The position numbers and the translations under genes were made by a program. This document shows positions 1 through 8,148 of a DNA stretch of 64,000 nucleotides, in pieces (within the stretch, counting starts at the first letter, position 1; every line of letters begins with the position of its first letter). Location of the stretch: NCBI GenBank assembly GCA_022770525.1, contig JALEHN010000021.1, positions 56,259 to 120,258 on the forward strand, given 5' to 3'. The stretch is from Clostridiales bacterium (lineage in GTDB: Bacteria > Bacillota > Clostridia > Lachnospirales > Lachnospiraceae). Below the pieces are notes generated by a model. That model did no database searches. It was given only the letters and a program-made list of their open reading frames with translations, and was not told the origin of the DNA.

Positions 1-2
1 AT

Positions 3-1055
3 GGTATATCCAAAAATAACACCCACGCCTACTTAAGCGATCACGAAATTGAAAGCCTGCGCAGCAATCATTTTGAATCCATGATTTACCAGAATCGTTC
101 GGCCTTTTGTGTCACTTCCGAAGATCATCCGGAAAATCAGTGGATTTTCTGTGCCATCCGTATACAAAATGTCATGGCCGGCCATGTCGCTGTTGCACTG
201 CCCAGCAACCATTCTGCCAGCGATTATGAACTTCGTCTGACAACGGCCCTGGCAGATATCTGCGCTGTAGAAATGCAGAAACATGATTTTTTCGTCACAC
301 GCACCGGCTTAAAATACGAAACCTTTCTTGTGGATTTGCTGGAAGGCCATTTTGATGATGTCAATATCATCAGCGCACGTCTTGAACTGCTTGACAGAAA
401 ATTCTGCAAATTTTTCTGTATCATGGTCTTAAAATGCACCGAACCCCATGACAGTGATTTGTTCAATAAACGTCAGATTGCAAATCTTCGTCACAGCTAT
501 CCAAACAGTATGTCCGTTGTTTATAAAGATGCCATCGTCCTGTTTTTAAATCAGGACAAGCCAATCTCCTTAGACGAAAAATTCACTGAAAAGCTCCGTG
601 ATTTTGCCATGCTGAACCACATGCAGGTCGGCATCAGCCAGCCGTTTTCGGATATTTTGAAAATACATATATTTTATATTCAGGCATTGAACGCACTGGA
701 GCTTGGTGAAAACTTTTATACCGAAGACAGCCTTTACTTCGCTGCGGACCTGTTCCCGATGTATTTATTCCACAGCAGCGACACTACCGGTCTTGAAGCG
801 GGTATTCATTACCATATACACCACCTGCAGGCCTATGACAATGAATACCATACAGAATTTATTCCGACACTGAGGGCCTATCTGGATAACGACAGAAATG
901 CCACAAAAGCCGCCGAAGCACTGCATCTGCACCGCAGTACATTTTTTTACCGGATCAAAAAAATAGAAGAACTGCTGAATATCTCTTTTACCGACAGCAA
1001 ACTGATGTTCCTGTATGAACTATCGTTTAAGGCATGGGATTATTTATGCAGATGA
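3..1055 (+). CDS. PucR/CdaR-family transcriptional regulator, N-terminus cut by window edge
   Basis: Frame is open from nt 3 to the stop at 1055 (track ORF 81..1055). The C-terminal LRAYLDNDRNATKAAEALHLHRSTFFYRIKKIEELL is the PucR-type helix-turn-helix signature. Confidence 0.75.
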   Translation, partial: GISKNNTHAYLSDHEIESLRSNHFESMIYQNRSAFCVTSEDHPENQWIFCAIRIQNVMAGHVAVALPSNHSASDYELRLTTALADICAVEMQKHDFFVTRTGLKYETFLVDLLEGHFDDVNIISARLELLDRKFCKFFCIMVLKCTEPHDSDLFNKRQIANLRHSYPNSMSVVYKDAIVLFLNQDKPISLDEKFTEKLRDFAMLNHMQVGISQPFSDILKIHIFYIQALNALELGENFYTEDSLYFAADLFPMYLFHSSDTTGLEAGIHYHIHHLQAYDNEYHTEFIPTLRAYLDNDRNATKAAEALHLHRSTFFYRIKKIEELLNISFTDSKLMFLYELSFKAWDYLCR

Positions 1056-1144
1056 TAGGAGCTACAGAACTGACGCTCGCAAAAGTTCAGGAGTTGGCAG
1101 GGCAGTTAGCTGGTTAATAGAAACTGCTCAAATATATACTTTGT

Positions 1145-1176
1145 AAAAACGGGTGGCATTTTGCCACCCGTTTTTT
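1145..1176. terminator. Bidirectional intrinsic terminator between convergent genes
   Basis: AAAAA-CGGGTGGC-ATTTT-GCCACCCG-TTTTTT: perfect 8-bp GC-rich stem flanked by an A-run and a T-run. It lies between the PucR-like gene (+) and the AAA ATPase gene (-). Confidence 0.85.
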
Positions 1177-1271
1177 GAAAAGAAAGCAATCTTACAATCC
1201 TGAAGGAGATATTTGAAAAGAACACAGGTATAATTTCACAATATCTCAACACTGTTTTAGTTTGTCCCTCA

Positions 1272-2528
1272 TCAAATTTTTTTCATTTTTTTAAAATCAA
1301 TATCAGGAACCGCCCCGTATTTTCCCTGAAGATAATCTTTGCCAAATGTAGCATCTTCCCGCACCTTCAGATCTGACAAAGCATACAATTTCGATTCGCC
1401 CCGCCTGTTTTTTTCAATAAACATCACCTCATCCCGTCGAAACTGATTATTATTGAGCAGCGAAACATCATTTGTCGTAAAAATCAACTGTGCTTTTTTA
1501 TTTTGATTCGAGCAAAATATATCTGTCATCAGCTTCTCCGCCATATGATGCAGCCGTGCCGACATTTCATCGATGACCAGCACACCCCCGTTTAAAATCA
1601 TTCTGACCGTGTTTTGGATATATACAATGAAACGAATCACACCTGTTGATTCATGATTCATCCCTAAAATTTTCTCTCCCGTGACATTTCCGTTATCGTC
1701 ATAGACATTATGAACGATCGAAAGCAAATAAACTTTTTTTGTCCTGCCGGTATGGACATCTATCCTGTCCTTTGTTTCTACCTCAATGCGGCTGATACCG
1801 GTATCCAGCATCTGAAGACATTTTTCAACCTGTCTTTTTAAAACTTGATTTTCAGCAATCTCATCAAAGCACAGCCATTGATTGCACATATCATAATTTC
1901 CCGCTTCAAATGTCGTTTCCGCAAACACTGTATATGCATCTGTAAAGAAAGAAATAAAATCGTCAAGAATAACTTTCTTATCCGCCCTGTCAAGGAAATA
2001 ATCCAATACAGCAATATATAATCTTTCTGCAGGTACTGTTTTGTATGCTCCCAGTATTTTCTGATATAATCTGCCAAATATTATCTTTGTTCCTGTACGC
2101 TCAAATACTTTTTTATCATCAATAAACAGCCACTCACTATAAACAATATCCGAATCACATTCAAATCCATATCTAAACTGCTTATCATTATTAAGGAAAG
2201 TGATTTCAAATTCGGATGCCTTTTTGACATCGCTATCCAGCAAAAAGGGAATAACCTTCTTTTTAACCTGTTTGCTGTTCAAAAGATTTTCTTTCTCTCT
2301 ATTCATAAGCTGTGAAAGAATGTATTGTCCAAAAAAATCCATAGCAAGAATCAGATTCGATTTTCCTGAAGCATTGGCACCAAAGATCGCCGCTGTTTTT
2401 AACAGGCACAGCTTTTCGTCTACAGGTATTTCATGTGAAGGATGCTGTATATACGAAGTGGCACGCATATCCAGAACAGCCTCATTTTTAAAAGATGCAT
2501 AATTCTTCACCTTAAACATTATCAGCAT
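1272..2528 (-). CDS. Stand-alone AAA_15/AAA_21-like (COG1106-type, ABC/SMC-like) ATPase
   Basis: SD GGGGAGGA upstream of ATG 2528. Walker A FGANASGKSNL, Walker B-like VLVIDEMSARLH, C-terminal LQGKYGAVPDID tail typical of this ATPase family. No partner nuclease gene adjacent. Confidence 0.7.
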   Translation of the reverse strand: MLIMFKVKNYASFKNEAVLDMRATSYIQHPSHEIPVDEKLCLLKTAAIFGANASGKSNLILAMDFFGQYILSQLMNREKENLLNSKQVKKKVIPFLLDSDVKKASEFEITFLNNDKQFRYGFECDSDIVYSEWLFIDDKKVFERTGTKIIFGRLYQKILGAYKTVPAERLYIAVLDYFLDRADKKVILDDFISFFTDAYTVFAETTFEAGNYDMCNQWLCFDEIAENQVLKRQVEKCLQMLDTGISRIEVETKDRIDVHTGRTKKVYLLSIVHNVYDDNGNVTGEKILGMNHESTGVIRFIVYIQNTVRMILNGGVLVIDEMSARLHHMAEKLMTDIFCSNQNKKAQLIFTTNDVSLLNNNQFRRDEVMFIEKNRRGESKLYALSDLKVREDATFGKDYLQGKYGAVPDIDFKKMKKI

Positions 2529-2679
2529 AAAATTTCCTCCCCACTACTCAGTACAAAAAAAACGATACGGCTTAGTCTGTCATTTTAGCAATCATAAACG
2601 CTATGTATCCTGATTCTTCTGTATGGATATTTTCCATCAATCATCCCGTCATCGCACGCCCTTGGTGCGCAAATGCAGC

Positions 2680-2709
2680 AAAGGACACTTCGAATGTGAA
2701 GTGTCCTTT
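2680..2709 (-). terminator. 12-bp hairpin downstream of the esterase gene (no clear U-tract)
   Basis: AAAGGACACTTC-GAATGT-GAAGTGTCCTTT perfect inverted repeat about 45 nt after the stop at 2755. No T-run on either strand, so terminator function is uncertain. Confidence 0.35.
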
Positions 2710-2754
2710 GGAAAATATCTTTAAATTTTTATAAAATCCGCGCTATGCACTCAT

Positions 2755-5577
2755 TTATTTTTTATTGTATCTTTTTTTCCTGACAATCACAAACATCATA
2801 GCAGCTGCCAGTATTACTGAACCTGTAAATACGGCAAAAATCACATACAAATTCACAGTATCACCGGTCTTTACAGCATCCGTCTTTGAAGGCTTGCCCG
2901 AATTTGTCGGTGCCTTTGTTTCCGACGGATTTTTTGTCTCTGACGGGTCTTTGGTCTCTGACGGGTCTTTCGTTTCCGATGGATCTTTTGTCTCTGACGG
3001 GTCTTTGGTCTCCGACGGATCTTTTGATTCAGGAATTTGCGTCGTATCTGTTAATTTGACACCAAATGTATAATTTTTTCCGCTATACAAATGAACTGTA
3101 ATTTCACTGTCTGCGCCCAATCCGGCCAGCCAGTCTTTAAGCAGTATAATATGGTCATCGACAACCTGATAATCATTTTCCCCGAGTCCGTCAATAGAAA
3201 CAACAACGTTACCATTGAGTTTCATAGGCAGCTGTAAGTTTTTGTGATTCTCACCTTTTGTATTTTTATCAAATGTCACGGATTCTCCCGTTTTCTCTGC
3301 TTCAAATAAACCGTTTTTAAGGAAATGGTCACTGTGCATCTTCATGGAATACGGCATTCCTGCCATGTAAAAGGCACTGTTGTGGCCGCCGTCACGCAGA
3401 TCATATCCGTGTTCTTTACCCATACTGTCAAGATATTCATGAGCATTCACTGTCCACTGATACTGAACCATCGTATCCTGAAGACCGCAGTCCAGATAAA
3501 AATCATAAGCTTTAAGCTGTTCCGGTGTCAATCCCTTCAGATATCCCAGAGCTTCATCTGTAACCGCACCCATATGTGATGCTACTGAAGAATAAAGTTC
3601 AGGGAATAACGAACCTACGCTGACAGAACCGAAACCACCCATGGAAATACCTGTAAGACCTCTGAATTTGGCATCGTTTAATGTTCTGTAATTCGTTTCA
3701 ACCTCACTGCGTATCTCATCTGTCAAATGTGTACGCCAAGGTCCTGTTTCATCTGTTTTTGAAGGGTTCAGATCTGTATCTTTGTAGAATGCATTTTTAC
3801 CCGAATCCGGCATGACAACGATCATTTCTGTAATATTTCCCGAATTGATCTGGTCATCCATAAATCCCGCAATGCCGTCAACTTTTACAAATGAACTGCT
3901 GCTGGAATTAATACCATGGAGCAGATAAACAACCGGATATTTACGATCCGGATTTGTATAATAATCCGTCGGCAGATAAATACTATAAGAAAGTTTCTTG
4001 CCAAACAGCCCGGAATCATAACTGGTAGAATAACATCTGCTCCAGTTTCCTCTTTCCAGAGCATTGCCGCCGACAACCGCATAACATATCTCCACAGAAC
4101 CCGACTGGATTGTTTCTACACCACCCGGAGCAAAACTGATATCGTTTTCAGGACTTTCGCTCTGATCACGTCTCACACCTTTGATCGTACGGAGTGCTGA
4201 ATACCAGTAATTTCCTTCGTCATCGGTATAGACAGCCGTCTGTTCATCCGTTACGGAAATATTGCTGTACTGATCCATCATTGCCTGTATCTCGGCAACT
4301 TTATCAGCTTTTGAATCCGCATCATTGTGGTAATCTTCTGAAATTGTCGCTGCATAAGCCTCAATATCACCTGCTGCTAATGCCGCTTTCTGTTTTTCCA
4401 CAACATTATTTAATGCTTCCGACTCTGTTTTATTAACAGGCAGCCCTTTTAATGCACGCACAGCCATATCATTACCGCAGATTGCATAATTATTGCCGCT
4501 GTAAAAACCGCCGTAACCATTATTATTATACAGACGAATACAAATTTCATTTGTTCCGCCCTGATTTAAGTACTTTGAAGGAATACTGTACTCTCTTTGT
4601 ACTTCCCAGTAGGATTTCTCAAACATCACTTTATTTTCAGCCGGTGTATCAGCGCTGTAGTCAAATCCGCCTGTCGGAGAAATGTTCAATGTTTTGCTGC
4701 CATTGCCATCTTTAAATCCGCTTCCCGCAACAAGATGCCCGTTAATATAAACAACATCAAGGTCATCAATAATTCCAAGAAGTAATGTCACATTTTCATC
4801 ACTTGTAAAATCCGCAGGCAATGTGAAATTTCTGCATACCCAGGCTTCTGACCAGCTTGGCAGAAGTTTTTTACTGATATCATCTCCGTCTTCCGGTGCC
4901 TGAAGCATCTGTACTTCTCTTGAAGAAATCTCAGCTTCCGTCTTCACATCGGATTCATTCTCAGTTGATGCGTATTCCGCGGATGCTTCACTTTCTGATG
5001 CAGGCTCACTCTCTTTTGCTTCACTTTCCGCTGCAGACTCACTGTCTTTTGCTTCAATTTCCGCTGCTTCGGATTCACCTGTTGTTTCCTTGGTGCCATC
5101 AGCATCTTCTTTAGCACCGCTGTCTGCTGTACCATCCGTTTCTTCTGAAACACCCTCATTATTTGTATTTTCATTTTCTGAAGATTCGTCTGTCACATCG
5201 GATACATTTTCTTCAGAAGGCTCATTTGCCGCATCAGCCTCTACAACTTCATCGCCAGACGGTCTTTCAAGCTCCAGCAAACCTCCCGTTGCTGTGTTGT
5301 CCGACGGCATTGAAACAACTTCCCAGCTCTGCCAGCTTGAAGCAGACGGCAGCTGTGCTGCATCACTATCTTCCCACGTCACATCAACCATCCCATACGG
5401 AAAATACTGAAACATCCTGCTATATGTACGATACAGCTTGAAATGCCATTCGCCGCCAAGCGTTACATACTTTGACGCATCCTTGTCTGTTTCCTGTGCA
5501 TGAACTGTCACAGCCCCCGAAAACACAGTTTGAACTACAAGTCCTAATGTTAATAACATTGCCGCAAACCGTTTCAT
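2755..5577 (-). CDS. Secreted, surface-anchored multidomain esterase (alpha/beta hydrolase, putative carbohydrate esterase)
   Basis: Signal peptide MKRFAAMLLTLGLVVQTVFSGAVTVHA. Glu/Ser/Asp-rich low-complexity insert (nt ~4900-5280). Esterase core YPVVYLLHG with nucleophile elbow GISMGG. KDPSET repeats. C-terminal KTGD + hydrophobic helix + RKKRYNKK resembles a cell-wall sorting signal. Confidence 0.75.
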   Translation of the reverse strand: MKRFAAMLLTLGLVVQTVFSGAVTVHAQETDKDASKYVTLGGEWHFKLYRTYSRMFQYFPYGMVDVTWEDSDAAQLPSASSWQSWEVVSMPSDNTATGGLLELERPSGDEVVEADAANEPSEENVSDVTDESSENENTNNEGVSEETDGTADSGAKEDADGTKETTGESEAAEIEAKDSESAAESEAKESEPASESEASAEYASTENESDVKTEAEISSREVQMLQAPEDGDDISKKLLPSWSEAWVCRNFTLPADFTSDENVTLLLGIIDDLDVVYINGHLVAGSGFKDGNGSKTLNISPTGGFDYSADTPAENKVMFEKSYWEVQREYSIPSKYLNQGGTNEICIRLYNNNGYGGFYSGNNYAICGNDMAVRALKGLPVNKTESEALNNVVEKQKAALAAGDIEAYAATISEDYHNDADSKADKVAEIQAMMDQYSNISVTDEQTAVYTDDEGNYWYSALRTIKGVRRDQSESPENDISFAPGGVETIQSGSVEICYAVVGGNALERGNWSRCYSTSYDSGLFGKKLSYSIYLPTDYYTNPDRKYPVVYLLHGINSSSSSFVKVDGIAGFMDDQINSGNITEMIVVMPDSGKNAFYKDTDLNPSKTDETGPWRTHLTDEIRSEVETNYRTLNDAKFRGLTGISMGGFGSVSVGSLFPELYSSVASHMGAVTDEALGYLKGLTPEQLKAYDFYLDCGLQDTMVQYQWTVNAHEYLDSMGKEHGYDLRDGGHNSAFYMAGMPYSMKMHSDHFLKNGLFEAEKTGESVTFDKNTKGENHKNLQLPMKLNGNVVVSIDGLGENDYQVVDDHIILLKDWLAGLGADSEITVHLYSGKNYTFGVKLTDTTQIPESKDPSETKDPSETKDPSETKDPSETKDPSETKNPSETKAPTNSGKPSKTDAVKTGDTVNLYVIFAVFTGSVILAAAMMFVIVRKKRYNKK
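2915..3028 (-). repeat. In-frame 18-bp tandem repeat (about 6 units) encoding KDPSET
   Basis: Plus strand shows repeated gtctctgacgggtctttg-type units. Translated on the minus strand this gives SKDPSETKDPSETKDPSETKDPSETKDPSETKNPSETKAP. Confidence 0.95.
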
Positions 5578-5747
5578 AAAACTCCTCCCTCATTTTGGTA
5601 ATTATTTATATATTTTAATTATAATTTATTATAATTTGTTATAATTGTCAATATACTTGAGTTTCATTTCGATTTTTTCGATAATTTTGTCGTTTTTGGC
5701 ATGTATAAATTAACATTTTTAATATATTATTTTTAATCGTCACTTGT

Positions 5748-7085
5748 TTATTTGTTTGCGTAATATCGCAGATTTTTAGCATTCCCTTTTTTGATCAACA
5801 TCCCGGCATCGGTTAATTCCCGCAAAAGCAAGATTGCCGTTGATTGAGACACACCCAGTGCCATTTCTACATCTCTGCGAACAATAAAGCCTTTACTGCG
5901 GCATAGATTCAAAACAGTATGCATTCGTTCTTGTTTTTTTGTCACACTGTCAGAACCACTCGTTTTAGGCGTATGCGAGACTTTCTGTTCTTCTGCATGA
6001 AAATTTGTATTAGGAAGTGTAATCTTAAACGCATTGCCTGTTGTTTCAATCAGAGGTTTCACATCATAATCATCATAACATTCATTGATTTTAAGAATTC
6101 CCGTACCATATGCTTCAATCAATCGCAAACGATAGAAGATATTTGCTAAATACTGATTGCGCAATACAGAAACGCCAAGTTTTATATCATCCAATGTAAT
6201 TCCTTTCACCAAACCGCCGATTGTCACGAATTCAATGCGGTCTTCAAAAATACTGATCAGCGTAGAGCCGCTGAAAGAATAGTCCCTATGGACAATAGCA
6301 TTTAATAACGCCTCACGAATGGCCTCCGGCGGATAATCTCGCATATCTAACCGATCCAACCCGGAAAATTCTGCACGGGTACGATTGTAACGATCAATGT
6401 AGTCGAAAGCTTCTTCCAGCTGCTCAAAAAGAGACCCTGACAATTCTTTGCGATCCTTAAAGACAGACTTCTTGCTGCCCTCAAAAACAGCCATTTTAAT
6501 CATATGTGTGCACTGATCGGACAACAAAAATGCCAAATTAGTGAACATATCATCCTCACCAATCAAGTGAAGTGTACGCATTTGAGCTTTTTCAAACTCT
6601 ATTTTCCGCTTTTCAAAGAAATCGGCAGCTTTATTAAAAGTAAGACACTGATTGAGAGACCGGGCCTCCTCATAGCTATCACCACCGGTCTCCTTAATCA
6701 TATTCAGGATAGCAACATCTGTTGCCGGAACTGTGGATGCTCCCTGGCGAACATAAACGCCCTCCGGACGAATTCCTTTTCCCTGCAAATAATATGGTCT
6801 TGCTGTACCTCGCTGGACAGTTACACGCACAATAGGCTTATCGTCCATGAAATCATTATTGCATTCTACAAACATAGTAACATCCGGACGCACGGCATCT
6901 CTAATCGCATTGGTTACACGCAGCATTGTACTATCAATATTATCAACGCCACAGACCGTTCCATCATCGTTCACACCAATGTAGAGTGTACCGCCGTCAC
7001 AATTTGCAAAAGCTATAATTGTATTTTTGATATCTTCAACATATTCTCTCTTGAATTCAGTTGTTTTATTCTCCGCAACCATCAT
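5748..7085 (-). CDS. Schlafen/AlbA_2 + HATPase_c_4 + C-terminal wHTH protein (COG2865-like, often annotated RecG-like regulator)
   Basis: EFKREYVEDIKNTIIAFANCDGGTLYIGVNDDGTVCGV (AlbA_2-type), REALLNAIVHRDYSFSGSTLISIF (HATPase_c_4-type), C-terminal LGVSQSTAILLLRELTDAGML HTH. Start moved to ATG 7085 behind SD GGAGG; the track start 7100 is TTG. Confidence 0.75.
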   Translation of the reverse strand: MMVAENKTTEFKREYVEDIKNTIIAFANCDGGTLYIGVNDDGTVCGVDNIDSTMLRVTNAIRDAVRPDVTMFVECNNDFMDDKPIVRVTVQRGTARPYYLQGKGIRPEGVYVRQGASTVPATDVAILNMIKETGGDSYEEARSLNQCLTFNKAADFFEKRKIEFEKAQMRTLHLIGEDDMFTNLAFLLSDQCTHMIKMAVFEGSKKSVFKDRKELSGSLFEQLEEAFDYIDRYNRTRAEFSGLDRLDMRDYPPEAIREALLNAIVHRDYSFSGSTLISIFEDRIEFVTIGGLVKGITLDDIKLGVSVLRNQYLANIFYRLRLIEAYGTGILKINECYDDYDVKPLIETTGNAFKITLPNTNFHAEEQKVSHTPKTSGSDSVTKKQERMHTVLNLCRSKGFIVRRDVEMALGVSQSTAILLLRELTDAGMLIKKGNAKNLRYYANK

Positions 7086-7098
7086 GTATCCTCCGACC

Positions 7099-7149
7099 AA
7101 TTCTAATCATAATCTAATCATATTCTAATTATATTCTAATCTAATAATT
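7099..7149 (-). repeat. About 11-nt phased AT-rich repeat (TTCTAATCATA-like, 4-5 units) in the 5' UTR of the COG2865-like gene
   Basis: ttctaatcata/atctaatcata/ttctaattata/ttctaatctaa/taattattata read directly, between the predicted -10 and the SD. Confidence 0.7.
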
Positions 7150-7177
7150 ATTATAATCATTTTTTCGTTATTTACAA
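7150..7177 (-). promoter_or_regulatory. Sigma-A-type promoter for the COG2865-like gene
   Basis: Minus strand TTGTAA-16 nt-TATAAT. Confidence 0.55.
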
Positions 7178-7210
7178 GAAAAATATGATTTTTTCTATCG
7201 GCTATATATC

Positions 7211-7250
7211 AAAAAAACTCTCCGTCGCCTGTAAGAGCAATGGAGAGTTT
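7211..7250 (-). terminator. Intrinsic terminator ending the long cbi/cob transcription unit
   Basis: Minus strand AAACTCTCC-18 nt loop-GGAGAGTTT followed by TTTTTTT, about 60 nt after the stop of the zinc-ribbon gene. Confidence 0.7.
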
Positions 7251-7308
7251 CAATGACATACCCTATTTATTTTTACCGGACTGTGTATTCAACCTGTTAT
7301 CCCGTAGA

Positions 7309-8094
7309 TTATATTAGTCCGTACTCTGCCAATACCGCAGCGATTGTACCGCCAAATATAATCATAAAAATGATTGTAAGAATGATCGGTACAAAGAACC
7401 ATATAATAACACCTTTACACATGGCTGCTCTGTTTGGATCCTTCTTGCTGCATGCCAATACGATCATAATAATAATATAGGCAATCGTCCCCAATACAGG
7501 AATCAAATGCAGAAAATTCAGACACATGATGCCAAACGCCCTGCCGCCTGTAAGCACTTTAGGACCCTGCTGCTGCATCATTCCCTGCTGAGGATATCCT
7601 TGCATACCATTCATGTTCTGCATTGAACCGTCATATGAAGGACCCTTCATTCCCTGCGCTGTATTGCCGTATGGTACACCGTTCATTTCCGGAACCGTAT
7701 TGCCATATGGTGTACCGTTCATTTCCGGAACCGTATTGCTGTATGGTGTACCGTTCATTTCCTGTGACATATTGCTGTCCTGCATATGATTCATATCTGT
7801 TGGTGCACCGGAAAGATTATCATAATCATATCCTGCCTGTGATGAAAGAACTTCTGTCTCATCATTTCCGCCGGTTATATCCCCGCTTCCATATCCATCG
7901 ATCATCGGTTCTTCTTCATTTGCCATAAAATCCTGGGCATCCCAACCTGATGATTCCTCTTCTTTAACTTCTTTCTTTCTTCGGACAGATTCATTTGTAT
8001 TCACAGGCTCACTTTTTTGTACCAGTGGTTTTCCACACTTATAGCAATATAAACTGCGATCATCATTTTGAGCACCGCACTGCAGACAAAACAT
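7309..8094 (-). CDS. Zinc-ribbon membrane protein with Met/Asn/Gly/Pro/Tyr-rich repeats
   Basis: N-terminal MFCLQCGAQNDDRSLYCYKCGKPL (CxxC..CxxC zinc ribbon). Repeats MNGTPYSNTVPE/MNGTPYGNTVPE/MNGVPYGNTAQG plus a Met/Gln-rich stretch. C-terminal hydrophobic helices. SD GAGGGAGG. No terminator separates it from the upstream gene. Confidence 0.65.
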   Translation of the reverse strand: MFCLQCGAQNDDRSLYCYKCGKPLVQKSEPVNTNESVRRKKEVKEEESSGWDAQDFMANEEEPMIDGYGSGDITGGNDETEVLSSQAGYDYDNLSGAPTDMNHMQDSNMSQEMNGTPYSNTVPEMNGTPYGNTVPEMNGVPYGNTAQGMKGPSYDGSMQNMNGMQGYPQQGMMQQQGPKVLTGGRAFGIMCLNFLHLIPVLGTIAYIIIMIVLACSKKDPNRAAMCKGVIIWFFVPIILTIIFMIIFGGTIAAVLAEYGLI

Positions 8095-8148
8095 ATTTAT
8101 TCCTCCCTCGTTATTATATCCTTTGATGACATTTTACAGTATAATTTT

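Noticed and set aside
2529-2754. A 19-codon minus-strand mini-ORF (MENIHTEESGYIAFMIAKMTD) upstream of the AAA ATPase as a possible partner or antitoxin
   Set aside because: It is too short, has a weak SD, and no recognisable motif. It cannot be supported from sequence alone.
2915-3028. Possible CRISPR-like arrays: the 18-bp repeats here and the 15-bp repeats at 47351-47483
   Set aside because: The units are directly abutting with no spacers. They are in frame within long CDSs and translate to KDPSET and SEADH-type peptide repeats.
6504-7106. 200-aa plus-strand ORF antisense to the COG2865-like gene. Similar antisense ORFs occur at 13385..13900, 38237..38749, 60080..60562 and 62610..63095.
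   Set aside because: These are antisense shadows of strongly supported genes. They have Cys/Ile/Phe-rich low-complexity translations and no SD or promoter context.
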